A stretch of DNA of 58,785 bases, filler included, from Jimgerdemannia flammicorona (Eukaryota): NCBI GenBank assembly GCA_003990765.1. It is 3 parts of 3 records of this genome, joined end to end, with 100 filler letters (N's around TTAATTAATTAA, not from the genome) between each part and the next. Parts side by side here need not be neighbours in the genome. Positions count along the whole stretch, not along the records: positions 39,263 to 58,785 come from RBNJ01001920.1; 2 more parts are not named here. One strand, given 5' to 3'. Shown here one piece after another: positions 47,501 to 58,785 of the stretch (positions within the stretch are counted from its first letter, which is position 1; each line of letters starts with the position of its first letter). The notes under the pieces were generated by a model. It was not told the origin of the DNA and did not search any database. It saw only the letters and a program-made list of their open reading frames with translations. The position numbers and the translations under genes are program-made.

Positions 47501-50109
47501 TGATAATATTTGATCAACCGCAAGGTGCTCTCGTGCAGGACCTGTTGCTGGACGCGCAGTTCCGTCGCGTCCTCCTGCTGTGTCTGCGCCATCTTGGAGA
47601 TGGAGGCAACCTGATGCTGTAGCAAGACAATCGTCTGTACATCCGGGACGCGACGGCGCATCTCGTCGTGGATGTGCTGCGCGACTTGGCGCCATCGTGC
47701 GGATCCGACGAGTTGAGCACCGACGGTTTCGTCCGCCGTGACATCCGTTTGGGGGAATGCCCGTTCGTCCTGCAACTCGTCCAGCTCCGCTGCAATCTCG
47801 TCCATCTTTTCGAGCACGCGTCCGAGTTTCTGGAAGGCGATGCCTAGGACAACGGTGGTCATGTATTTCACAAGGGGGCTCGCGTGTTGGAGGCCTTTAC
47901 CAGTGACGGAGCGGTTTGCACAAGTGGGAAGGATGTTATCCATGATGACGTGAACGGGTGGGGGCATAGTGGGGTATGATTGAGTAAGCGGGAAGTAGAG
48001 CGATGGGATTGGGAGGGAAATAATCTTGTGGAGGAGTGTCATGTTCGCGAGCCATTTTGAAGATAGCCGAGGATCAAAGGTCAGCGAGGTGGATTGCCAG
48101 TAACTGTAAATATTGTGGGGAAATATTAAAAGATATCGCAATCAGAAAATCTTGTGCAAGTCATATATAAGCAGAACCGCGCGGCCCCACAAACTTAACG
48201 TAAGCTTACACTTGCACCAGCTCCGGACATGCCCCCAAAATTTTCAATAGCAGTTCCTGCTGCCTCGGGTCATCAGTAGGCCTGAGCGAGATGACATATT
48301 TCGATAATATCTTGTTATGAATCTTAACATTCTTGTCACCGCCATCGCCTCCTCCTGCCGCACTGGGTTGTGCAATTGTGCTGGGCGGGTACCAGCTGGC
48401 ATCGTGGAAGCAGACGCCGACACCGGGCGTGCAGCAAATGGAGATCAGAAAATGGTGAACGAGATCAGCAGGAATTTTAGTGGGGTCCGTAGAGGAGTCG
48501 GAGTCTTTACGGATGTATATTTTTGTCAGCTGCGTACGTGGGATGGAAGTTCCAATGGATTAATAAAGATCTAGCCCATCTTAGCGAATCGGCATTTCTA
48601 ATCGAGCACGATGGAAGGCAACCGTCAAGCCGCATTTCAATTGAAAATACCTGATCCAACACGTAGTTATTGAAAAGTGCAACCTTCAACGATCGGCTCA
48701 CTTCTTGTTCCATGATCAGATAATCATACATGACCGACAAAACTTCCCCGATAAGCTGGCAGTATATAACACATGATAGGTAATAAGAAAAGCTTAAGAG
48801 AGAGAACCCAATCTAAAAGAAACCTCTTTCCGCAAGTTCCGATAATTCCGCAATTCGATTGATTTATGATCATTATGCAAGAGTATATTACCTCATACGA
48901 ATCCTGCCCCAATCCTTTGAAAATAGCACTCACGAATTTTTTGATATCGAGAACATCTTTTTTGATCCGCGCATCGCCGTTGACAAAAAAGGAGAGGACG
49001 AAGCGAATCCATAGGCTGCGTATGTCTACGTTTTGTCAAAGGACGGAGAAAGTCGAAATACAAGAACATCAACATGAGTATCGCAATGGTGTCAAAGATG
49101 CTACAGACCTAGAGAGTGCTTTCTTACCTGACTTGAAGTTGAGCGCACCCTCATCACTATGTTTTTTTCGCAGAACCAAAAACTTACCGACAGCCTGTTT
49201 TTACACAAATGCAGTTCGTATTTCCAATAAGAATGGGAGGAGCAAGTGAGCTCGCTGTTTCAGACAGATGGTCCATGCAACTATTTCCATGCATCACAAA
49301 GTTCGCCGTCCGTCCTCACTTACCTTCTGCTGAAAGTTGAACCCTTCGATCATCTCCCTCGTCGTCGGCTGGCTGAACGAATTCATCGCGATCAGCAACC
49401 GCAGCGCACTCTGGCATAACGGGATACGGCCTGATGATAGGTTCCGATATACGATTTTCATGTGACCACGAAGGACCCTTCGTATGATTGAAAGGCCGAC
49501 TGAACGCGCGGAAGGCGTATGGGCGAGTTGGATTGTTTTCGCGAGGATGTCGGGAACGAGCGACTCGAGCTGCGTGATGTTATTCTGGGAGCGATGGGGT
49601 GTAAATCAGAGAGGAGTCGTCAACTGGACGAACGCGATCGCTGTAATGGCATTCACTGAAAGAAGAGTCTATATTCACGCCTATAATGTCAATATACGTA
49701 CAGCAACCTGAAATTCCCATAACCGAAACAATTCTGTGCACTCTGGCGACGAGTGCATGTATTCGAAAAGCACACGGGCATTGTTCGAAGAAGGGTCGGA
49801 ACGTGTGGTCGTAGCTGCGTGGAGCTGGCTCCGAAGGCGTGCAAGACCTTTTCAAATTACGTAAAATATGAGTAAAACAGTCTGATGCGAAACTCGCCAT
49901 TGTCACAGAAATCCAGGACAATATAAAAGCAGTGGCTGTCCACCTCGTCACTCCGAACCTTGGGACAATACGTCAATGTTGGTTGAGTTCAGCACAGATA
50001 CCAAATCCTTGAGCTCTAGAAACAGTTCAAAATTTCTTGAAGGTACATCTTCAAGCTCTTCTTCTCCTTCGTCGGCTCGTAAGGGTTGCGACTTCTCTGC
50101 AATGTTCAT
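41517..50109 (-). CDS. URB1: Nucleolar pre-ribosomal-associated protein 1 (Urb1/Npa1), multi-exon
   Basis: C-terminal NopRA1-type motifs TYDPAFLLPL, LGFVVTAMSSLDEDVRRVAY, HFMYPHVNRFLLQRPFIDLE|DIPMFYSLF and DRVWMLRLISAGL. Many GT-AG exons; probable start MNIAEKSQ at 50109. Not all exon limits were resolved. Confidence 0.88.
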
Positions 50110-50587
50110 GGTGTCTTTGAAGGGTCTGACGTTCTAATTTCTGCACAAGAATTTTGTTTGTTTTTGGGACTGTTCGTCGTCGCATGTGATCCAAGCCGCT
50201 CCAGTTTAGAATGAATTCTTTAAGCGGGCAAGATAAATAAAGGTAGTGCATTTTCGGGTTGCCTTGGACTCGCAAACCATACAGATAGTTTATGGTATAT
50301 ATTTAATTTATTGTCACACACTGGACAAGCCTTCCCATTATCGTGGCGCCAGGACACAGGCTCTGGAAAATACATGTACAAGTAGAGACAATTTACAACA
50401 CTATCGGAAATGCCCGAGTGTTAAACAAATTTCACAATCAGACACGACCGAGTGTTTACCAAAGAAATGGAAACACGAGGAAGTTCGATTAAACTATTAT
50501 AAAGCTATTATCTATAATTTTGAGTTCAGATGCCAGAATGCAAAAACAAACTATGTGGAAAGGATGAAAAAGTTTATCGGAGAAATG

Positions 50588-50694
<107 letters not shown>

Positions 50695-50697
50695 TAT

Positions 50698-53600
50698 TTA
50701 AGGCTTCTTGGGGAAGAGATTCGAGATCCAGCCGAGCGCATCGTCAATCCAGTTTGAGCTTGACGTGCTCGTTGGTGATGGTGCAGCTGACGTCGTGGAG
50801 GTAGTGGGTGCGGGGTCGGGGTTCACGACAGCGGGGGTGGTGGTGGTTGGGGTGGACGGGGGTGTGGTCTCGGGCGTATTGGGGGTAGCCGTTGCGGAAG
50901 TCGGCTGGACCACCGGCGCGACCGTCGACGAGGTCGTGACGACGCCTGTGGCGCTGCCAGTCGCGAGGACCGAGCTGGAGCCGGCAGCGAGGCTCGCGGA
51001 AGAGGCCAGCGAGGGGATGAGGCTGCTTGCGGTGGAGTTCTTGAGGTACTGCTGGATGGCCGCGGCGACGGCAGCATCATTGGCCGAGTTAACCTCGCCG
51101 TTGTTGGGTTTGCCAAACGACAGGGAGACGGTGTTCGCGACGTTGTCCTGGCTGTAGGCCAGCGCAGCCTGGAACTGGTCGACAATGATGCCAGTGCCTT
51201 GAGCAGCGAGGGAGATGGTCACGGGTAGTTGGAACTTGAAGGCGAAGTGGTTGGCGATGATGAGCTGGAGGAGGGTCGAGAAGCTGGCGACAATTGGGAC
51301 CTTGATGGCATATTTGAGCGAACCTTGCGAGTGCGGGCCGACAGTGAGCGGCTCACCGAGGGTGACCAAGTTAGTGGAGAACTGCGACAATACAACGGAA
51401 TTGCCCTTGGCGGGGAAATCCTTGACAACAACATTAGCGTTCATCGTGGCGAGGGTGAAGGGGGAATCCAGCGGGTTCTTCAGGACGAAGTTGACGTAAG
51501 CATCAACGGTTTCGGGCACGGTCGAATGGTCGCCGAACAAGATTCCGATGAGGTTGATCGATGAGAGATCGACAACGGTGGTGGCACTGAGAATGAGTGG
51601 AGTGTTTTGGAGACCAACAAGGTTGGTGGTCAATTGGACACCACCGAGGGCACCTGCCAATGAAGGAATTGTAGCGACACCCTTGTTGATACTGAGCTGG
51701 GAGGAGGCACCGGTCATGTAACCAGAGAGCAGGGCGACGGCGGCAGCCTGGGCAGCTGGCGACGCGTTGGCACCGGGGCTCAGATGGAACTCACTGGGCA
51801 CGGTGTTCAGGCCAGGAACCAACTTGAGGTTGTTCAGGTAGACCGGACCCATGCTTTGACCCTGGAAGTCAACGTTGAAGTGAACATCACCGGTGGCGAT
51901 GCTAATCGTCGAAGGGTTGTTGATCTTGGTATCGAGGGAAATCTTGATGTACTCCTGGCCGCTCGAACCGAGGACCTTGACGTTGTCGAGAGTAACAGTT
52001 CCGCCGAAATCCTGGAAGCCACCCAAGGTTTGGGCGATAGGAGATGCCAAGTCGAAGTTAATACCGTTCAGAGTCAATTCACCGACAGCGCTGCTAGCCT
52101 TCACGTTGGCGGCACCCTTGAACTGGAGGGTCGGAATCTGGGCGAGGGGAGCCAGGGTAAGACTAGTGGTGAACTTGTCGAACAGGGATTGCGAAGGCTG
52201 GTAGACGGCAAACGGCACATTGGTGAAGGAAGTTGTGATGGTCAAAGTGGAAGGATCGGTCTTGGCGGCGCCCCAGGGGAGCGTCAAGAGGGCTAGAGGG
52301 GAAGACTCGCCAGCACCAGTATTGACACCGATGGTCATGGTTTCCTCGATGTCGTGGACATTGATCGGGAAGCCGAAGGGAAGGCTGAAGTTGGCAATGA
52401 CACCGTTGGCGGAGGAGACAATGGGAGAGTACGCGCCGTTCGGGACGGTGAAGTCAAAGGCCATGTTTGTCAGGGATATACCGTGAAGCAACTTGACGTC
52501 TTTGCCCCCAGGGAGCGAAGTCTCCAACTTCAGGGACTTGAAGGCCTCAGACAACCATGAGACATCACCGGTAGCGCCCGCGGCACCAGCGCCGACGACG
52601 GAGACGATTGTGTTCTTGCCAGCAAGATAGTTATCGAAAACGGTTTGGATGGCGGCGAGATCGTTAGCGCTGGACTGGGGAATCAGGCGCCCGACCATCG
52701 AGAACGAGATCTTGCCGCTAGGGGGAATGGTGACAGACGAAGCAGCCAGGGGACCAAGAAGATGGTCGCCATTGTTATCGGCAAAGAACGAGTTGAACGA
52801 CAGAACATTAAGGCTGATACCGACATTGGACGGATTGTTCAACGTGGTCGCAATGATCAAAGTAATGCCACCCTGAGGGTCGTTTCCGGGGAGCTGGAAC
52901 GAGTCAACAACGGCGCTGATGCCCTGCATACCCTTCAACGAGACCTTCTTGGACATGGAAATGCCAGTGAAAGTGTACTGGAGGGCGGTGACGGCCACAC
53001 CCTCGGCATCGATCTGCCAGTCGAAAGAGGCTTCGTTCAGCAGAACCTTGGAGAATTCAGCCATCACACCGCTATCCGCAACGGTGAAGGTCGCGTTCAG
53101 GTTGACAGTGGCGCCGACATCAGCGTAGGCGATGACGGAGGGCATAGCCAACTGACCGAGGGTCTTGCCGTTCCAACTGACCTTGACGCCATTGGGGAAG
53201 GAGATGTTGGCCTCCATGGGGCCGGTATTCTTGATGGAACCAGTCAACCAAGTGTTGAAAGAATTGGACGTGGGATTCCAGATTACGACATTATCGAAAG
53301 CGAGAGTGGCGGCGTTCACAATAGCTTGCACGATGGGCTGGCCAACGACGGGGATGAGAAGGTCGATGGACTTGTCGGTGTGGCAGGCGATGTTAGTCTG
53401 GGAGTAGTCGAGATCGGTGACGTACTGGCCGATTTTAACCGTCGACTTTAGGACAAGGTCGACGTGGAGGTTGCCCAAAGCGGTCTCAACGAAGAGGGGA
53501 AGGTTGAAGCCCTTGAAGAGGTCGGCGCTCGGAGTGACAGACGCGTTACCAACGTTCAGACCACCCATATTCAGGAGACCATCCAAAGCCTTAATGTTAT

Positions 53601-55988
53601 CGGAGGTGATGCCAGGCGCGGTGAGGGCGTTCTCGCGCAACAGAAGCGCGATGGAGGCCGGCTGCAAGTTCATTTTGAGGTTGAGTGGCGGGGACGAAGA
53701 CGAGGTCTTACCGCCAACGACGATGGGGTTGGAGCTAATATCCTGATCGATCTGGCCGACGGGCATGCCAGCATAGCTGACAGTGGAGACAACCTTTGTA
53801 ATGGTCAAACCAGCAGAGAAGGGATTGGTGATGACGACGGCAGCGTTGGCAATGGAGGTAGACAGAGTGTCGGACAGTACAACGAGGCTCGCGTTCTGGA
53901 CAAGCTTGCTCTTCAAGCCGGGCAACACGGAGGTCAGGCTGATCTGAGAAAGACCGCCGGCGAGCGAGGTGATCGGGGTGGTTCCATTGAAACCGGCGAT
54001 TCTGACAGTGGTGTCATTGCCGCCGATGAAGGAGGTCAGGAGCTTGAGGCCTTGAGGCGAGCTGGCCGGAGCGAATGCGGAGATGGCGTTGACGGAGTTC
54101 GCACCCCTGAACAGGGTGAGATTCGGAAGACCGACGGTGCCGAGGGTAACATCTTCGAAGATCATGTTGAAGGTCACGTCGCCAGTGGTGATCTGGAGGT
54201 TCGAGGGATTCTGCATGCCAACGGCAATAACAAGATTCAGGTGCTCGGCGGTACCGCCAACGACATCGAGAGAGTTTATCACGGTGGGGGTGCTGTTCAA
54301 GGCCTGGAGACCGACAAGGGAAGTGCTAGCGTTGAAGGGAATACCCGTCAAGATGACGTTGCCGATGGGAGTGGAAGCACCAACGGTAGCATTGCCGACC
54401 ACTGAGAAGTTGACGGATTTCAGGAGGGTGAGGTTGGTGCTGAAGCGATCGAAAGCGGCGTACTTGTCAGGGAAGATGGTCAAGGGCGACTGGCCGATCA
54501 CGAAGTTGAGGACACCGAGACCCGAATTGCTGGTGGCGTTGCCCCAAGTGGACTGGAGAGAGGCAATCGGACCGTCAGTGTCAGTGGCGATGGTCATGTT
54601 CTGCTCGACTTGAGTGATGTTAAGGCTGAAACCGAACGGCATCTTGAAGTTGGCGGAGACGCCATCGCTGGAGACCATGGGCGAGTAGGGAGACTGAGCG
54701 TTGAAGGCGAAGTTCATGGAGCCAAGGCTGATGCCGGTGATGAGTTGCAACGGGGTCTTGGTCTGAAGGGCGACGTGAAGGGTGATGCTCTGGAAACCTT
54801 CGCTCAACCAGCCGACAGAATGGACACCATCGGGGGCGGCGGATACACCCTGGGCGGTCGTGTTGGAAACCTTGCCAGCGATGTATTGAGACATCAACTC
54901 GGAAATGTTGGACAGATCGACGGGGGCAGTTTGCTTGATCATCTTGCCGGACAGCGTGATGTTGTTCGGACCAGAGCTCAGGAAGACATTCTTGGCGGAG
55001 ACAGGACCGATTAAAGTGTTTTTGTATCCGATGTTGAGGTTGATGGTACCCAGCTGGACGCCGATCGGAGAGGGGTTGTACAGCGAAGTGACGATAGACC
55101 TATAATGCAGTCATCGCGTCAGTATCAAAATAGGATAGCACCAACGCAAACATTGCTGGATCTGGGGGTAAGGTTATACGAATCGGCGTGGTTAATAGAA
55201 CTTACATGTCAATGCCACCGTTCGGGTCGTCTTGGGGAAGGTAGAATTCCAAAACCTCGGCCTTGGTGAATCCGGCCATGCCGTTTAGGGTGACCTCTTT
55301 GTGGAGCTTCAGGTTATCAACGGTCCTACCGAGTGCGCTAACAGTGACCGTACCCTCCATAACCCATGTGAACTGATCCTGAGACAACAAGAACTTGGAG
55401 AAATTGCCCATAACGGCCGTATCATTAATTATGAATGTGGTGGTTGTGACAAGATTGCCGCTACCTCCAGCCACTGAAACGGATGGCAGCGTCAAGGTGC
55501 CAAGCACAATGCCGTTCCACGACACGGTGATGGGCGAGGGGAAGGTGATCTGGAGGCAAGAAAGGAAGTCACAGAAGAGTTAATGCCATGAAATACGGTT
55601 TGTGTTGACGTTGCTCACATAGAAAGGGTTTGCATACCGTGGCACCCAGAGGTCCGGTGTTTCCGAGCACGCCGGACATGGACATAATGTAGCTGTTGTT
55701 CGCGTTTAGTGAGCTGGGATCCACATCACGTTTGGCACTACCAGAGGCCTGTGTGGGGAAGGTGATGTTGACGGTGTTGAGGGAGATGGAGCTGCCATTG
55801 ATGGTGGCTTGAGCGATTTGAGGGAAAGCGACAAGAAGAATGACGGGGATAATGATGGCGATGAGGATGATGGTGATGATAACGCAGATAATCCAAAATT
55901 TCTTGCGTTTGTAGAAGGGGATTTTGGAGGCCGGAGCCTTTTCATGATGCAAGGGCAAATCGCTTCCGGCTTCGGAGGATGGCGCCAT
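50698..55988 (-). CDS. Large type II membrane protein with repeated DUF3712/LEA2-like beta domains (Tag1/Sag1-like), ~1698 aa
   Basis: Exons 55638-55988, 55206-55549 and 50698-55099 have GT-AG junctions and stay in frame (5097 nt). N-terminal TM KKFWIICVIITIILIAIIIPVILLVAFP, recurring NPS/NPF, LP..DP.GGI and F.(M/L)PFGF motifs, and an S/T/P-rich tail. Confidence 0.85.
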
Positions 55989-58785
55989 TATAAGAATGAG
56001 TGTTATAAAAAGCGGTGACCGCTAGGAAAATCGACAATAAAAGAAAGACAGGGGCGTCCAACGGCTCTACTTCTGACTGAGGGTTTCGGCAAGCGATGTC
56101 GCAGATATATATATATATGATTTCTGGCCGGCAGGCGTTCTCCGCACGTTCCCGAGCCAGCCTCTCCCACACGTGTCACAAAGTCTGTGAAGCCATTTCG
56201 GCTTTTGCCCAGCGCGGCTTTCTTTGGCTGGCATTAACTGCATGTGAATGCGGCAATTGATCCTAGCGCAGCAGGGTTTTGTGTTCCGGCGCTCAAACCG
56301 CGCAATTTGCCCGGAAAGGCAACCCTGCTAATGAACGACCCCCATCACATGATACAATTTGCAACTTGACTGGTCAATTTGACCGGGTTAAAAATCATTT
56401 ATTAAAACATCACTTCCATGGTTTCTACGCCTGCAGTCAGTACGTTCCATCTTCATGTGCGAGCGCATTGCCCCACATAATTACAGCACAATAACAATAT
56501 ATTTTTTTATTAACATACAACAAACATGTCAAAATAGTGCGTGTCAAACACCCCACACCACTCCGTTTGCCGGAGGTGAGATGCGAATCACGGACACAAG
56601 GATGCCTGACATGTGTAGTATCATCCAGAGGTGCTGCGGGAAATTTCTTTTTATGTTCTGATCCCGATATCAAATGATAACCGCAACAGGCTCCGAACGT
56701 GCACTCGTTGCTCTACCACACTTTCGGGCGAGATCCTATCTGAGCGCTTTGCGTAAACCCATGATCGAGGTGTGCAATTGAGTATACTGGGCATCACAAA
56801 ATCGTATACTTAGGGTTCAGCAAGTGATCGGAGCGTAGTCCTTTGAAGGCCTGGTTCGTGCTCCTTGTCCCGTCACGATTAGGTAGGTTCGGTCCATCTC
56901 AAAACCCGAAAACGGGCAGCTCGCGTTCATGATCTCACAAAAGGCACGATGCGATCGGTTTTCAGGCTCAGAATCTGGTGGTGTGGGGAATGATTTGCGT
57001 GCAGGGGTCCTTTCCAGTCTAGATAAGCTAGCATAATAGTATAGTACAAAAGCCACTAAAATATTGTGCTAGAGGTGGAAAACTGTGCGACATCATAAGA
57101 CGCGAACGGTCTCGTGGGGATTACCAAGGTTTTTGGTTGACATTGAAACGATGTCCAATAAGAAGATACGAAAAAAGATAAAAATAAAAACAAAGGAGGA
57201 GGATAGCTCCCTAAGATACATATGGGCAGTTCCGTCACGTTACGTACACGCTTAGTAGACTTTTTGCAGACCATTATGCCTCATAATTCTGATATACCTT
57301 TTGGCCTCGACGATCATTAGTCAATATCGATTAGTGGAGAAACAATTTTTTCTTTTGAAGGCTGCAGACATAAATCACCTGCCAACACATTACGGTTCGA
57401 ATTTCAAAACATCGTGAACGGCGGTATACGTCCGTCGTTGTGTGGATTGTTTTGTGTTTGGTGTAGCGTTCTCGAAATATCCGTCGCTCCACAAAGTCGA
57501 AGGGCTGTGCACGCAAACGCACCAGCCCCTTCAAGCAGTTTTCCATGTGACGTCGTCGTCAAACATTTATCCATTTATCTGCTACTCCGCCATGTATTAA
57601 GCATAGCTACAATATTATTGGTCGAACTGAGCGTATACTGAGAATCTCTTGCTTCGCAGATATGACATCATAAAGGTGATGGCTATGATGCATACTCCTG
57701 CTTGATTTTACATGCATTCAGCCCACGCTAAAGACGCCCAGAAATAGCGGGGAAGAGCTACTTGGAAGAAATAATTCCCGTCTCTAAGTACCAACACTAC
57801 ATTATTTAGCGCATATGCGGTGCGGGTGTCTCTTTGCGTATACCATGTCAGAGGGATACGAATTTTCCCTTGCTCATCCCTGAACTGGTACTGTCTCATA
57901 ATCATTTGGTTCTGCAGATTGCAAAATCCTTGAATCGGGAAGGCAAACTGGTTAAGCAGAAAGAGTACATTATGTCGTCAGTTTGGACATACGCGCGCAT
58001 TAACCACATTGGCGCATTAAATAATAAAGAAAAAACCCTCACCCCTAGCTATGATGATGTCCGATAGTCGTTGACAACCCTTGGGCTCTGGAAAGATCCA
58101 TCATAAAGCGAAGAGCGTCCGCATGTGAAGATCTCACGCCAAATGGAGCCTCCAGCCGATGGGAAAACACCTTATCAAATTATGTAAGAATCCCTAGAGC
58201 AAGGGGAATACCACATGGAAACGCCAGCTTGTGGGCATCGCATCTTTTTTTTTTTTTTTTTTTTTTTTAGTATATTCAACGATCGTTGGGCAGTTTGAAA
58301 GCGAGCTTTTCGAGTTATGGAGTATCCCTCTTCTTGTCTCCTTACAACACCTCGCGGTTTAGTACCATTTTCGGTTTTGATAAATTATGTCACTTCGGAT
58401 CGTCGGTTGACCGAGAATTATGGGGTACTATGAAGGTATTAGTAGTTTCATACTATTTATTCCTTCTAACCGTATGGTTGCCCCACACACGCCATCCTCT
58501 CTTCATCTGAAACCGAAGGCTTATAGGGAAATACGCTTAGAAATGACGGTAGCACAAAAAAAAAGTGGGGAACTACAGCTCGCCTCACAAGTGACGGAGT
58601 ACCGGATCCGTCGATGGTTGAAAACTGTGTTCCCATTTTTGTCCCTTTTCACCCTTTTGGGAGGGCGAGAAATTGCGGTTTCAGTCATGCACATGATCGG
58701 CGGAGGGGTTCCGTTAAGACCGAATTTCAGAAATAAATATCGAACCGGCAAAAAAAAAATGTTTTTTTTTTTTTTTTTTTTTTTT

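Noticed and set aside
50708..55105. Long plus-strand ORFs (up to 313 aa)
   Set aside because: Antisense shadows of the codon-biased DUF3712 gene.
56000..58785. Short ORFs or RNA genes in the terminal region
   Set aside because: No recognisable protein motif, tRNA cloverleaf or snRNA signature found by eye; treated as intergenic.

Overview
Eukaryotic, fungal genomic DNA with spliceosomal introns. Mucoromycota, possibly Endogonales-like, is an inference from gene content and style only. The window is three contigs joined by artificial 100-nt N/TTAATTAATTAA/N spacers (19535-19634, 39163-39262), so adjacency across them is unproven. (1) 1-11.4 kb is a CpG-normal, old tandem array of a mostly decayed three-part cassette: a homeodomain gene (A), a possible HMG-box gene (B) and a small Zn2Cys6 gene (C). 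(2) ~11.6-39.2 kb is a CpG-depleted nest of transposons with heavy C>T mutation. It holds a Ty3/Gypsy element with an extra 3' ORF, L1/Tx1-like LINEs inserted into one another, an intron-containing hAT with a second gene and a 9-bp satellite, solo LTRs, and an exon-per-repeat LRR pseudogene. Several insertions are delimited by recoverable target-site duplications (TSDs). (3) 39.3-58.8 kb is ordinary genic DNA: an intronless 448-aa orphan ORF, multi-exon URB1/Npa1 and a ~1698-aa DUF3712/Tag1-like membrane protein. All calls were made by eye; no database searches were run.
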